NCBI GenBank assembly: GCA_021788105.1
Contig: JAJYKZ010000002.1
Span: 3,320-67,319 of the forward strand
DNA length: 64,000 nucleotides
Direction: 5' to 3'
From: a bacterium
Lineage (GTDB): Bacteria > Patescibacteriota > Minisyncoccia > Moranbacterales > UBA2206
Below are positions 38,960 to 49,082 of this stretch, piece after piece (within the stretch, counting starts at the first letter, position 1; every line of letters starts with the position of its first letter). The notes under the pieces were generated by a model. It worked only from the letters and a program-made list of their open reading frames with translations. It was not told the DNA's origin and did not search any database. The translations under genes and the position numbers were made by a program.

Positions 38960-41566
38960 ATGGATTTGGGAAAACTTACAATCAAAAGCCAGGAAGCTTT
39001 GCGCAATGCCCAGGAAATTGCGATTGCGAAAAGCCAGCAGCAAGTGGATGCTTTCCATTTGCTCTATGCCTTGCTTTCCCAGGAAGATTCAATCGTTCCA
39101 GTGATTCTCCGCAAGATCGAAATCGATATTGAAGCTTTGAAAATAAGCGTTATGGATAAAATGAACAGTTATCCCAAAGCGGCTGGAACGCCCGGACAGA
39201 TTTTTGTTACTCCGGATCTGGTCATCATTTTGAATGCGGCGGAAGAAGAGGCTCGACGCATCGGCGATGAATTTGTTTCTACGGAACATATTCTGCTGGC
39301 CTTTTTGAGCGCCGATACAATAGTGAAAAATTTTTTGGAAAAGTATAAAATAAGTTATGATAATGTTTTAAAAATTATGTCTCAAGTGAGAGGTTCGCAG
39401 CGTGTGGATACGCAGGAGCCGGAAAGCAAATTCCGGGTGCTGGAAAAATATACGATCAATCTGACCGAACTGGCCCGCAACAAAAAGCTGGATCCGGTCA
39501 TTGGACGGGACGCGGAAATCCGGCGCGTGATGCAGGTGCTGAGCCGCCGGACAAAAAACAATCCGGTCTTGATCGGCGAAGCCGGAGTTGGCAAGACAGC
39601 AATCGTGGAGGGTTTGGCGCAGCGTATTGTCGATGGCGATGTGCCTGAAACGCTCAAAAACAAGGAATTGATTTCGCTCGATCTGGGTTCTCTTTTGGCC
39701 GGGACAAAATTTCGCGGAGAATTTGAAGAGCGGTTAAAAGCAATCATCAATGAAATTGACCGGACAGCCGGAAAATACATATTGTTTATCGATGAAATTC
39801 ATACTTTAGTCGGTGCCGGCGCGACGGAAGGGGCAATGGATGCTTCCAATATGCTAAAGCCGGCTTTGGCGCGCGGACGCATCCGGATGGTCGGTGCGAC
39901 TACGACAAAGGAATACCAAAGATATATCGAGAAAGACGCGGCGTTTGAAAGGCGCTTCCAGCCGATTATTGTTGAAGAACCTTCGATCGAAGATGCGATC
40001 GCCATCTTGCGCGGCTTGAAAGAAAAATATGAAGTTCATCACGGCGTAAGGATAACTGATGCGGCTATTCAGGAAGCGGCGCGGCTATCCGATCGATATA
40101 TTACCGACCGCTTTCTGCCCGACAAAGCGGTGGATCTTATCGATGAGGCGGGCAGCGCGCTCCGGATGGAGATTGATTCGATGCCGGCGGAGATTGACGG
40201 GATGGAACGCTCGATTCGAAGGATGGAAATCGAAAGAAAGGCGCTGGAAAAAGAAAAAGACCCGGCTTCTAAAAAAAGGATCAGAGAATTGGATAAAAAA
40301 CTTTTTGAACTGAAAAAAAATTTCGAGCGCCTTTCATTGCAGTGGAAAACGGAAAAAGATCTGATAACCAACATTCGCAAACACACGGCCGGCATTGAAA
40401 AATTGAGGTCGGAGGCGGAAATTTCGGAAAGGAAATCGGAATTGGAAAAAGTTGCCGAGATCCGTTACGGAAAAATTCCGGAACTGGAAAAAAAGATTAA
40501 GGATGAAAAGAAAAAGTTGGATAATATCCAGAGCCAGAGTCCCATATTGAAAGAAGAAATTACGGAAGAGGATGTGGCAAAAGTCGTTTCGCGCTGGACC
40601 GGAATTCCGGTTTCCAAGATGCTGGCCAGCGAAGCGCAAAAATTGGCGAACATGGAAACGGAGCTTGAGAAGCGAGTGGTCGGGCAAAAGGAAGCCATTC
40701 AATCAGTCGCCAATGCAATTCGGCGGTCGCGCGCCGGCATCGCCGAAAAGCAGCGCCCGATCGGGTCATTCATTTTTCTCGGTCCGACCGGCGTGGGAAA
40801 AACCGAACTGGCCAAAGCTTTGGCGCAATTTATGTTCAACGACGAACAGGCGATGATCCGAATTGATATGAGCGAATATATGGAAGCGCATTCAACCGCC
40901 AAAATTATCGGTTCGCCGCCCGGCTATGTCGGTTATGAAGAAGGCGGCCAGCTTACGGAATTGGTTCGGAGAAAACCGTACAGCGTCATTCTTTTTGATG
41001 AAATTGAAAAAGCGCATCCGCAAGTTTTTAACATTATGCTGCAGATTTTGGATGACGGAGCTCTGACCGATGCCAGAGGCAAAAAAGTTAATTTTAAAAA
41101 TGCGGTCATCATCATGACTTCCAATGTCGGTTCGGAAATAATTTATCGGAGCGGGCTTGGTTTCAGGGAATCGCAGGGCGAGGAAATGGCAACCGAAGAA
41201 GAAATGCGGGAAAAAGTTCTTGGAGCGCTGCGGGAAAATTTTAAGCCGGAATTTTTGAACCGGCTGGACGAGATCATTATTTTTCATCCGGTCAGCCGGG
41301 AGATGCTCAAAAAAATTGTTGAACTCCAGCTTGATCTGGTGCAGGAGCGCCTGGATGAAAAAAATATAAAATTATTATTGACGTCGGCAGCCAAAGAATA
41401 TCTGAGTGAAAAAGGCTATGACCCCAGCTATGGCGCCCGCCCGCTGAAACGCGTTATTCAAAATGAAATTCTGGATGAACTGGCGCTTCGGATCATTGAG
41501 GGAAAAATAAAAGAAGGCGATAAGATTGAAATTGACAGCCGGAGAAATAAAATTGTCTTCAAATAA
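38960..41566 (+). CDS. clpB: ClpB chaperone
   Basis: Two AAA+ modules ([16 protein letters not shown]), M-domain coiled coil, GARPL. Confidence 0.96.
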   Translation: MDLGKLTIKSQEALRNAQEIAIAKSQQQVDAFHLLYALLSQEDSIVPVILRKIEIDIEALKISVMDKMNSYPKAAGTPGQIFVTPDLVIILNAAEEEARRIGDEFVSTEHILLAFLSADTIVKNFLEKYKISYDNVLKIMSQVRGSQRVDTQEPESKFRVLEKYTINLTELARNKKLDPVIGRDAEIRRVMQVLSRRTKNNPVLIGEAGVGKTAIVEGLAQRIVDGDVPETLKNKELISLDLGSLLAGTKFRGEFEERLKAIINEIDRTAGKYILFIDEIHTLVGAGATEGAMDASNMLKPALARGRIRMVGATTTKEYQRYIEKDAAFERRFQPIIVEEPSIEDAIAILRGLKEKYEVHHGVRITDAAIQEAARLSDRYITDRFLPDKAVDLIDEAGSALRMEIDSMPAEIDGMERSIRRMEIERKALEKEKDPASKKRIRELDKKLFELKKNFERLSLQWKTEKDLITNIRKHTAGIEKLRSEAEISERKSELEKVAEIRYGKIPELEKKIKDEKKKLDNIQSQSPILKEEITEEDVAKVVSRWTGIPVSKMLASEAQKLANMETELEKRVVGQKEAIQSVANAIRRSRAGIAEKQRPIGSFIFLGPTGVGKTELAKALAQFMFNDEQAMIRIDMSEYMEAHSTAKIIGSPPGYVGYEEGGQLTELVRRKPYSVILFDEIEKAHPQVFNIMLQILDDGALTDARGKKVNFKNAVIIMTSNVGSEIIYRSGLGFRESQGEEMATEEEMREKVLGALRENFKPEFLNRLDEIIIFHPVSREMLKKIVELQLDLVQERLDEKNIKLLLTSAAKEYLSEKGYDPSYGARPLKRVIQNEILDELALRIIEGKIKEGDKIEIDSRRNKIVFK

Positions 41567-41606
41567 GCGGCGTGGTATACTGGATGCAATGTAAAACGCA
41601 ATTCAA

Positions 41607-42344
41607 ATGTTTCTCAGGCTGAAACCTTTTTTATACAGTTTAGTTTTTCTTTTGAGTCTTGAACTGATTTCTTTCAGGGCCGATCTTGTATTTTTAATCG
41701 CGGTTATTTTCTTTTTCATCTCGCTTTTTACCGGGAAAAAATTGGGCGGCCGCTGGCTGTTTTCAATTCTGCCGGCATTTTTTACGATTTTTTCAGTCGC
41801 GCTTCTCTATTTAATTTCCGATTTTACCGAACAGCAGATTTTCATCTTGCTGGCTTTTTTTATGTATTATCTGGCCTGCCTGGGCGCCTTTCGATTGGGG
41901 GAATATAAAGGAGATTTGACGGCGCGGGGAATGATCATGGCCGCTTCAATGGCGACGATTTTTTTTGCTTTCACCGCTTCCTACGGATTCTATTTGAATT
42001 TTCTCGTTCCGCTTTATTCCCTGATGATTGTTTATCTGGTTGTGGCCCTGCTGGTAAGTTATCAATATTTCCGCATCATCAATGACAACAAAAAATCGGT
42101 ATGGATTTATAGTTTTCTTTTGGCGCTGATAATGGCGGAACTGATTTGGACGATGGATTTCTGGCCGTTCGGATATTTGACGACCGGAGTAATTGCTCTT
42201 ATACTGTACTATGTTTTGTGGGACCTTGCCCAAAGCTATTTTCTCAATTTGCTCAGCCGGAAAAGAGTAGTGGCCAACATGGTATTTTTTTCTGTTTTGA
42301 TAATTCTGGTTCTGCTGAGCTCCAAATGGCTGCCGGTCATATAA
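41607..42344 (+). CDS. Multi-TM hypothetical membrane protein (DUF5656-like)
   Basis: ~8 TMs; AELIW...FWP motif. Confidence 0.75.
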   Translation: MFLRLKPFLYSLVFLLSLELISFRADLVFLIAVIFFFISLFTGKKLGGRWLFSILPAFFTIFSVALLYLISDFTEQQIFILLAFFMYYLACLGAFRLGEYKGDLTARGMIMAASMATIFFAFTASYGFYLNFLVPLYSLMIVYLVVALLVSYQYFRIINDNKKSVWIYSFLLALIMAELIWTMDFWPFGYLTTGVIALILYYVLWDLAQSYFLNLLSRKRVVANMVFFSVLIILVLLSSKWLPVI

Positions 42345-42387
42345 CATTAAATATCAAATCTTAAATCTTAAATCTCAAAAAAGATTC

Positions 42388-43524
42388 ATGGCTAAAAAAA
42401 TCATTAGAAAAATAATTTTTATCATCGGAATAATTGTCCTGGGCGGATTGGGCGGCATCATTATGGACCGCTATCTTTTTCCCTATCTCAGCACAATGAG
42501 CTTTTTTTCCAACATCGGTTTTTTGAAAAAATCCACCGAGGACGTGACAGTCATCAACAGGACGGAGCAAGTTACCGTCAAAGAAGAAACCTCGATGGCC
42601 AACATTGCGAGCAAGGCGACCTCATCCGTTGTGAATATTATCGTTCTGCCCGGCAATTCCCAGCCGAAAAACACGGCCGTTGAAAATATCACCGGAGAAA
42701 TTGTGACGAGCGACGGACTGATCATGACTTATGCTCCCAATCTCACTGCCAACTCAAAATACAAAGTAATGCTTTATGATGGCAATGTTTACGATGCCAA
42801 TTTTATCGGAGTTGACGCGTACAGCAATTTGGCTTTCTTGAAAATCAACGCCAGCAATCTTCCGGTCATTTCGTTCGGCGACTCAGGCAGCATTACGCCG
42901 GGAGAAAAAGTGATCGCTATTGCCAACGATTCCGGATCCTATCTCAACGCCTATGATTCCGGAATTATGACCGCCTATCTCCCGACTTTCAATCTGGGCG
43001 GAGCGGCGCTTTCTTCTTCTGAAAATCTGGAAGGCGTGTATGGCGTCGATTTTAATTTTCCGTCCGATTATGTCGGCGGTCCGGTCGTGGACTTCAACGG
43101 CGACACGATCGGAATTCTGGGTTCCGTTTCCACGAATAATTCCAATCAATATTTTGTGATTCCGGTTGACAAGGCGGAAGCGGTGATGAGCAAAGCGATG
43201 GGCAATTCCTTGTCCTCCGATCCGGTCTTGGGAATATATTTTGTTCCTATCACCAAAACTTTCGCGCTGGCGAATAATATCAATGCGGACAAAGGAGCGA
43301 TGATTTATTCTTCTTCCGGCCAGCAAGGCTTGGCGATAATTTACGGTTCGCCGGCCCAGAAAGCGGGATTGAAAATAAACGACATCATAACGGCGATCAA
43401 TGGCACGCAAATTGATCTTAATCACAGCTTGCCGCAACTGCTTTATTCGTTCAAAAAAGGCGATAAAATCACGCTAACAATCAGCCGGAACGGACAGGAA
43501 ACAAAAGTTCCGGTTCAACTCTGA
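42388..43524 (+). CDS. HtrA-like pseudoprotease with PDZ domain
   Basis: Trypsin-like pattern with triad lost (IMTYA, SNLA, YVGGP); PDZ GSPAQKAGLKINDII. Confidence 0.85.
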   Translation: MAKKIIRKIIFIIGIIVLGGLGGIIMDRYLFPYLSTMSFFSNIGFLKKSTEDVTVINRTEQVTVKEETSMANIASKATSSVVNIIVLPGNSQPKNTAVENITGEIVTSDGLIMTYAPNLTANSKYKVMLYDGNVYDANFIGVDAYSNLAFLKINASNLPVISFGDSGSITPGEKVIAIANDSGSYLNAYDSGIMTAYLPTFNLGGAALSSSENLEGVYGVDFNFPSDYVGGPVVDFNGDTIGILGSVSTNNSNQYFVIPVDKAEAVMSKAMGNSLSSDPVLGIYFVPITKTFALANNINADKGAMIYSSSGQQGLAIIYGSPAQKAGLKINDIITAINGTQIDLNHSLPQLLYSFKKGDKITLTISRNGQETKVPVQL

Positions 43525-43557
43525 TTACTCGAGAATAAAGACCTGTAGGGATTGTAT

Positions 43558-43580
43558 AAGACGCAATAAGCGTCTTTTTT
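43558..43580 (+). terminator. Intrinsic terminator
   Basis: AAGACGC-aataa-GCGTCTT + T-run. Confidence 0.7.
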
Positions 43581-43589
43581 GCGCAAGTA

Positions 43590-43617
43590 TTGACAAAATT
43601 TCGTTTTATGCTAAGCT
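43590..43617 (+). promoter_or_regulatory. Sigma70-type promoter with extended -10
   Basis: TTGACA-16 nt (ending TGc)-TAAGCT. Confidence 0.6.
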
Positions 43618-43771
43618 ATGCAGTTCTCTTTGTATCCGTATTTCTGTGTTTATCCGTATTCAACTCGGCGCTGGTCCCGCTTTTGTGGGACAAGCTCCGT
43701 TAGAATATAGAGGAGTTTCTTAAAAATTAAAATTCAGTTTAACTGAAAATAAAAGACCAAGGAGGTCAGAG

Positions 43772-45106
43772 ATGAAAAGGAAAATGTTGTTCGTAGTGAT
43801 CGCCATTCTGATGGCGATTGGCGTGCCTGCGATTTCGTTCGCGGGTGGAGGCGGGCATGAGGAGGGAGTTCACGTCGACACAGATGTGAATTCATCCTCG
43901 AGCTCAAGTTCAAGCTCGAGTTCAAGCTCAAACAGCACAAATACCGCCTATGGCGGTGAAGGCGGACAGGGTGGAAACGGAGGAGAGGGTGGCCATGGTG
44001 GTAAAGGCGGAAACGCTACTGCCACAGGTGGAAATGCCAGCAATGGCAATCAGACCACCACTGTCGGCGGGCAAAACGTGGAGATAAAAACTCCGCGCGA
44101 GTTTCTGCAGACTCCAATTTCCGGGGAATTTGTAAATCCGGGTATCTCAATCGAAAGTACTAAATGGCGTATTTACTGCCCGGCAGTGTATCGGACACTT
44201 TCAGCGTCCGAGGTGCAGGAAATGGAACGGAAATTCCAGCTTGGGGATATTCTCCCCTGGAACTGGAAAAGCCGCGTCCACATAGTAAATGTGAACAATC
44301 GGCTTCCGGGAAATCCGAGCTCGATTTCCTGTATGAGTTACTGGCCGAAAGCCGAAGCTCTTGCGGGAGACAAAGTTATCGCCGCTGTCACGGTTGATGG
44401 CGACAGCGAGTGGAACGAGGAATCGTTTCTGGGTCTCGCGGCGGATGCATGTCTGCAGGTGGGATCTAGCCGTGTAGCCATATTGGAAAGAACCAGATTT
44501 GCTGGAGTCACTTCAGGTATGGCTTTAGGCTTCGGGGGCGGCGCTTCGCAAGTGCGCGGAAGTACCGGAATGGTTTTTAGCACAACGCCGCAGATTGGAA
44601 CGACAAAAATAACTACCGAAGACCAGGTGCAGTTTCAGGCGCTCTGCATGAACAATGGCCCGCTCGAATTACCGCGGGTGCAGGTATCAACTCCATCACC
44701 GGTCATCAAACCGGCACCGAAGCCAGCGCCCAGTTGCAATCCGGATGAGATTCAGACAAGAATAAATATCGATCTCGAGGCTTGTAGTTATTGTCCTCAT
44801 CCGTGCTTAAACAATGAAGAGCATAGGATATGGGCAGGCCTTGGCTACATCAACAAGTACGTTTGCACACACGACATGGTCTATCTCCTGAACGCCATCG
44901 AACAGTTTCAAATAGCCGAAAGGGATTATCTGCGCGGCTATGAACCGAACGGAGTAAAAACCCGGAAATTAGTAGGAGCGCAGGAGCTGATGCACCAGGC
45001 ATACCAAGCCTGGACTACAGCGATTTACATCCTGAATGGCAAAGAGGCCACGGACAGCTTTGCCAGGATGCATGGGGTAACAAAATATCACACCGAATTC
45101 AAATAA
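43772..45106 (+). CDS. Secreted hypothetical protein with Ser run, Gly-rich repeats, Pro linker and Cys-rich C-domain
   Basis: SD AAGGAGG; signal peptide ending near SFA; GGxGGx repeats; multiple Cys. Confidence 0.85.
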   Translation: MKRKMLFVVIAILMAIGVPAISFAGGGGHEEGVHVDTDVNSSSSSSSSSSSSSNSTNTAYGGEGGQGGNGGEGGHGGKGGNATATGGNASNGNQTTTVGGQNVEIKTPREFLQTPISGEFVNPGISIESTKWRIYCPAVYRTLSASEVQEMERKFQLGDILPWNWKSRVHIVNVNNRLPGNPSSISCMSYWPKAEALAGDKVIAAVTVDGDSEWNEESFLGLAADACLQVGSSRVAILERTRFAGVTSGMALGFGGGASQVRGSTGMVFSTTPQIGTTKITTEDQVQFQALCMNNGPLELPRVQVSTPSPVIKPAPKPAPSCNPDEIQTRINIDLEACSYCPHPCLNNEEHRIWAGLGYINKYVCTHDMVYLLNAIEQFQIAERDYLRGYEPNGVKTRKLVGAQELMHQAYQAWTTAIYILNGKEATDSFARMHGVTKYHTEFK

Positions 45107-45124
45107 AGAAAGGCAGGAAATGAA

Positions 45125-46018
45125 ATGAAAAGGATTTTGGCTTTGTTGTCTGTATTCTTTTTTGTAATCTGTGCTGTTCCTGTTGCCCACGCGTTTGAGT
45201 ACGCGGGACAGGAGCAGGTTGTACCGGCTCAAACGTCGATTGCGGTCGACCAAACCGCCAACGAGTTGAAAAAGCTTCGCGGCGAGCTCGGAGGAACAAA
45301 GAGGGTTGTCTCGGCCCTCAAAAAAGAAGAGGCGAAGAGAACGGCTTCCGAGGAAAACTTGGCGAAGCAGACCAAGGAACTCGGAGAAACAGCCGTATCC
45401 TCTTTGCAGCAAAACGCCGCGGCGAATGCGGCGATGACGAATTCAGTTGCCAGCCTGAAAACCAACCTGAACAAGTTTGGCAGCAAGGTTGATGAGGTGA
45501 ATTCCTCTGTCTATGGCGATTACATAGTATTAGGTTTTATAATTATCGTGGCGCTGGTGACCATCCTTTTTGTGCTCGTATCGCTTCAGAGAAATCTGAG
45601 GCGTGAAATAAGGGAAAGTGCGACGGCCGTCGAACAGGCTGTCGAACAAGTCGTAGTGCAAGCCAGGGACCACATCGTAAACGAGGTTCCGAACCGCACG
45701 GCGACCGCAATCCGCACCCTCGATTCTTCGCCCTTCGAGTTTGAAGCGGCGGGGCATCAGGTTACGTACAAGTCGCCGGCGGAAGGAATAGCGGAGGGGT
45801 ATTATTTAACCCTCCATGTTCCCAAGGACATGGCGGGAGACGCAGCCATCTATCACCGCGACCACGAAACAAATCGCGGGGTGGCGCGGAGAAACATTCG
45901 CAAAACAATGCAACAATATTTCGAGGGCAAGTTTGATGCCCCCGAGTACGAGTTGCAGAAAAAGCTGATTGAGCATTTGAAGAGTACGGGAGAAATCTCG
46001 TATCGCAAGATCAGCTAG
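45125..46018 (+). CDS. Hypothetical type I membrane protein (signal peptide, coiled coil, TM, cytoplasmic domain)
   Basis: AHA cleavage motif, heptad-rich region, single TM IVLGFIIIVALVTILFVLV. Confidence 0.82.
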   Translation: MKRILALLSVFFFVICAVPVAHAFEYAGQEQVVPAQTSIAVDQTANELKKLRGELGGTKRVVSALKKEEAKRTASEENLAKQTKELGETAVSSLQQNAAANAAMTNSVASLKTNLNKFGSKVDEVNSSVYGDYIVLGFIIIVALVTILFVLVSLQRNLRREIRESATAVEQAVEQVVVQARDHIVNEVPNRTATAIRTLDSSPFEFEAAGHQVTYKSPAEGIAEGYYLTLHVPKDMAGDAAIYHRDHETNRGVARRNIRKTMQQYFEGKFDAPEYELQKKLIEHLKSTGEISYRKIS

Positions 46019-46024
46019 GCTGTA

Positions 46025-46316
46025 CGGGAGCTTGGACGAAGTTATGTCCAAGCTCCCGCCCAAACCACCAAGTTTCAATATCAAGCTGCGATAGCAGTTT
46101 GATATGTCAGAGAACTTCGATAGAAGTCTCTGAACTGGCACTGCGATAGCAGTCCAAAATACATTCCTCTGCGATAGCAGGCGGAAAGTATGTCTTAATT
46201 GGCGCAACTTAAGATTTAATTGCTTCAATTGTCTCAAATTGAATTAGAAAACAAACCGGAAAAATTTCCGGATGACATAAATAGGCGTCGTATCAACATA
46301 CGCGCCTTTTAATTTT
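46025..46316 (+). ncRNA. Candidate structured RNA/ssDNA element of about nine tandem hairpins, four capped by C-GATA-G
   Basis: Stems at 46025-46058, 46078-46105, 46107-46133, 46136-46156, 46159-46191, 46193-46214 and further; terminator-like hairpin at 46283-46316; strand and function not established. Confidence 0.55.
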
Positions 46317-46472
46317 GCAAAAAAATATAATCCCGGTAGTAATACATTAATGGCATTTTTTGAAACATTGACCGGCCGGCCGGAAGGTGCTACGCTCAAA
46401 GACTTGACGGAAATGAAAAAATAGCCTATCTATTGAATAACGCCATTTACGGCAAATTATTGGATTAATTCA

Positions 46473-47375
46473 ATGCAAACCCTGAAATCAAAACTATTTT
46501 GGACTCTGAGCATAATCGCGGTCGCGATTATTTTCACCGTGTTTTATAATTCCAACAAAACCTTTGTCGGCGAGACGCAGATTTTGCTTCTGCCCAAAAG
46601 CGACGCGACTTCCCGGAATATTGAACAAATTATTGCCAATGCCCGGGTGATTCCCAAATCGCTTTCTTTTTATAACGCTATGCTGACTGAGAATTCCGAC
46701 ATTGAAGATGGCGCGGCACAATTGCCGGACGCCCAGCGGAAAATATATTGGGATTCCAAAATAAATATCGATCGCATCGGCCGGAGCGGCATTTTGGAAA
46801 TTTCCGTTTTTGACAAAAGCCCGATGCAGGCGCAGATCATTTCCGAGCAAACAGCAGCCGACATCGCGGTCGTTCTCAGCCGCTATTATAATATCAAGAC
46901 CGAACTCGATGTCCGGTTCACGGAAGGAACGATCGTCAGCAACACGGTGCCTGTGAATTTTTGGAGCGAGGCGGTTGCGGCGAGTGTCGTTCTGGGATTT
47001 ATTTTGGGAGCGGCGATTGCCAATATTATTTTTTCCTTGCAAAGAAAACGCGAAGTTTTTTATAAAGAAAAAATAGAATCAATATTCAGATTCCGAAAGA
47101 CCGAAGAAGAAATGGTCCATAAACCAGAACCGAAAAAAGAAATTAAAATTGAAGAACCGGTTAAGCCAGCAGCAAAAAAAGTGCCGCCAATTTCCTCAGA
47201 AAGAAAAGCGGCGGCGCCTTTCAATCTTCCGATTGGCGAAGGGTCTGAAATTAAAACCGGAACAGTGAGTTTTGCGCCGGGCGAGGGAAAACAGGAAAAA
47301 GCCGACCATACGCGCGAAGCAACGGCTGAAGAAGTGAAAGAAAGACTGAACAAGCTTTTGAAAGGAAATTTCTAG
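46473..47375 (+). CDS. Wzz/CapA-like chain-length protein with long charged C-tail
   Basis: Two TMs flanking extracellular domain; EVKERLNKLL end. Confidence 0.7.
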   Translation: MQTLKSKLFWTLSIIAVAIIFTVFYNSNKTFVGETQILLLPKSDATSRNIEQIIANARVIPKSLSFYNAMLTENSDIEDGAAQLPDAQRKIYWDSKINIDRIGRSGILEISVFDKSPMQAQIISEQTAADIAVVLSRYYNIKTELDVRFTEGTIVSNTVPVNFWSEAVAASVVLGFILGAAIANIIFSLQRKREVFYKEKIESIFRFRKTEEEMVHKPEPKKEIKIEEPVKPAAKKVPPISSERKAAAPFNLPIGEGSEIKTGTVSFAPGEGKQEKADHTREATAEEVKERLNKLLKGNF

Positions 47376-47519
47376 ACTTTATTAAATTTTTGTCGCAAAA
47401 GCGGCGGTAAGAAGCCCGCCCTTTTATTTTGTCCAAAAATATATTATGATTAATATGTGTAAAAAGTTAAATTTTGCATTTTTGTAAATTTGTAGTTTAT
47501 TTGTAAGTTTGTAGAAGTT

Positions 47520-48071
47520 ATGGAATTTCAAAAAACAACCCTAAAAGACGCCTATTTGATCAAGACCAAAGTCTTTCAAGACGAGCGGGGATTTTTTCTG
47601 GAGTCTTATTCCAAAAAAGAATTTGAAAACGCCGGGATTATGGCGAATTTTGTCCAAGATAACCATTCAATGTCGGTAAGCAAAGGTGTCCTGCGCGGTC
47701 TGCATTTCCAATTGCCTCCGCACACGCAGGCGAAATTTGTGCGCGTCGTGAAAGGTTCGGTCTATGATGTCATCGTTGATCTGCGGAAAGATTCTCCGAC
47801 ATTCGGAAAATGGGAAGGTTTCAATTTGTCAGCGGAAAATTTTTTGATGCTTTATGTCCCGCGCGGCTTCGCGCACGCTTTCTGCACATTGAAAGACAAT
47901 ACGGAATTTTTATACAAGACCGACAATTTTTACGCTCCGCAAAGCGACAGCGGAATAATTTGGAATGATCCTAGTTTAAAAATCGACTGGCCGATTGAAA
48001 ATCCAATTCTGTCTGAGAAAGACCAGAAACTGCAAACATTCGAAGAGTTAATAAAAAATAATCCTTTTTAA
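47520..48071 (+). CDS. rmlC: dTDP-4-dehydrorhamnose 3,5-epimerase
   Basis: DERGFF, QDNHS, LRGLHFQ, GFAH, WNDP. Confidence 0.97.
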   Translation: MEFQKTTLKDAYLIKTKVFQDERGFFLESYSKKEFENAGIMANFVQDNHSMSVSKGVLRGLHFQLPPHTQAKFVRVVKGSVYDVIVDLRKDSPTFGKWEGFNLSAENFLMLYVPRGFAHAFCTLKDNTEFLYKTDNFYAPQSDSGIIWNDPSLKIDWPIENPILSEKDQKLQTFEELIKNNPF

Positions 48072-48074
48072 TTT

Positions 48075-49082
48075 ATGAAATTACTCATTACCGGCGGAGC
48101 TGGGTTTATTGGTTCCAATTTTATCCGTTACTGGCTGAAAAATAATCCTGATGATCAGATAGTTAATCTTGATGCTTTGACTTATGCGGGAAATCTGGAA
48201 AATTTAAAGGACGTTGATGCCAATCCGAATTATAAATTTGTAAAAGGGGACATTTGTGATCAGAATTTGGCGAACGAACTGGTTAAGGAGGCGGATGTGG
48301 TTGTAAACTTTGCCGCCGAGACTCATGTTGACCGGTCAATTATGGGAAGTGCTGATTTCATTCGAACTAATGTCGAAGGTACGCGCGTACTTTTGGATGC
48401 GGCAAAAAATAATGGCGGAAAAAGATTCCATCATATTTCCACAGACGAAGTTTTTGGCGCGCTTCAAATGGGCGATCCGAAATTCAATGAAAATACGCCC
48501 TACGACCCACGCAGTCCGTACAGCGCTTCCAAGGCTTCGTCCGACCATTTGGTGCGGGCATATTTTCACACGCACAATTTGCCGATTACGATTTCCAATT
48601 GTTCCAATAATTACGGCCCATACCAGTTTCCGGAAAAATTAATTCCTTTATTTGTGACCAACTTGATTGAAAATAAAAGAGTTCCGGTTTATGGCAAAGG
48701 TGAAAATGTGCGTGATTGGATTTATGTTGATGATCATAATGCCGGCGTGGAAGCGATTATAAAAAAAGGAAAAATTGGAGAAACGTATTGCTTGGGCGGC
48801 GGCAATGAGAAAAGCAATATGGAAATTACCAAACTTATTTTGGATGCTATGGGACGCGGAGAAGATATGATTGAATATGTTGCCGATCGCAAGGGACATG
48901 ATTTGCGTTATGCGATTGATTATACAAAAGCTAAAAACGAACTGGGATGGGAACCGAGAACAGATTTTGCAACCGGATTAAAAGACACGATCGAATGGTT
49001 CAAAAACAATGAAAACTGGTGGAAAAACATCAAGAACGGTGATTATAAAAATTATTACGCGAAACAATATGGAGAAAAATAA
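48075..49082 (+). CDS. rmlB: dTDP-glucose 4,6-dehydratase
   Basis: GGAGFIG, AAETHVDRS, STDEV, YSASK, CSNNYGPYQFPEKLIP. Confidence 0.97.
   Translation: MKLLITGGAGFIGSNFIRYWLKNNPDDQIVNLDALTYAGNLENLKDVDANPNYKFVKGDICDQNLANELVKEADVVVNFAAETHVDRSIMGSADFIRTNVEGTRVLLDAAKNNGGKRFHHISTDEVFGALQMGDPKFNENTPYDPRSPYSASKASSDHLVRAYFHTHNLPITISNCSNNYGPYQFPEKLIPLFVTNLIENKRVPVYGKGENVRDWIYVDDHNAGVEAIIKKGKIGETYCLGGGNEKSNMEITKLILDAMGRGEDMIEYVADRKGHDLRYAIDYTKAKNELGWEPRTDFATGLKDTIEWFKNNENWWKNIKNGDYKNYYAKQYGEK

Noticed and set aside
43890..43935. Ser-run as a slippage or phase-variation tract
   Set aside because: Encoded by alternating, degenerate TCN/AGY codons, consistent with a protein-level linker
46078..46191. Hairpin array as a CRISPR array
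   Set aside because: Conserved core is only 12 nt, the intervening sequence pairs into the stems rather than forming unique spacers, and no cas genes are in the window
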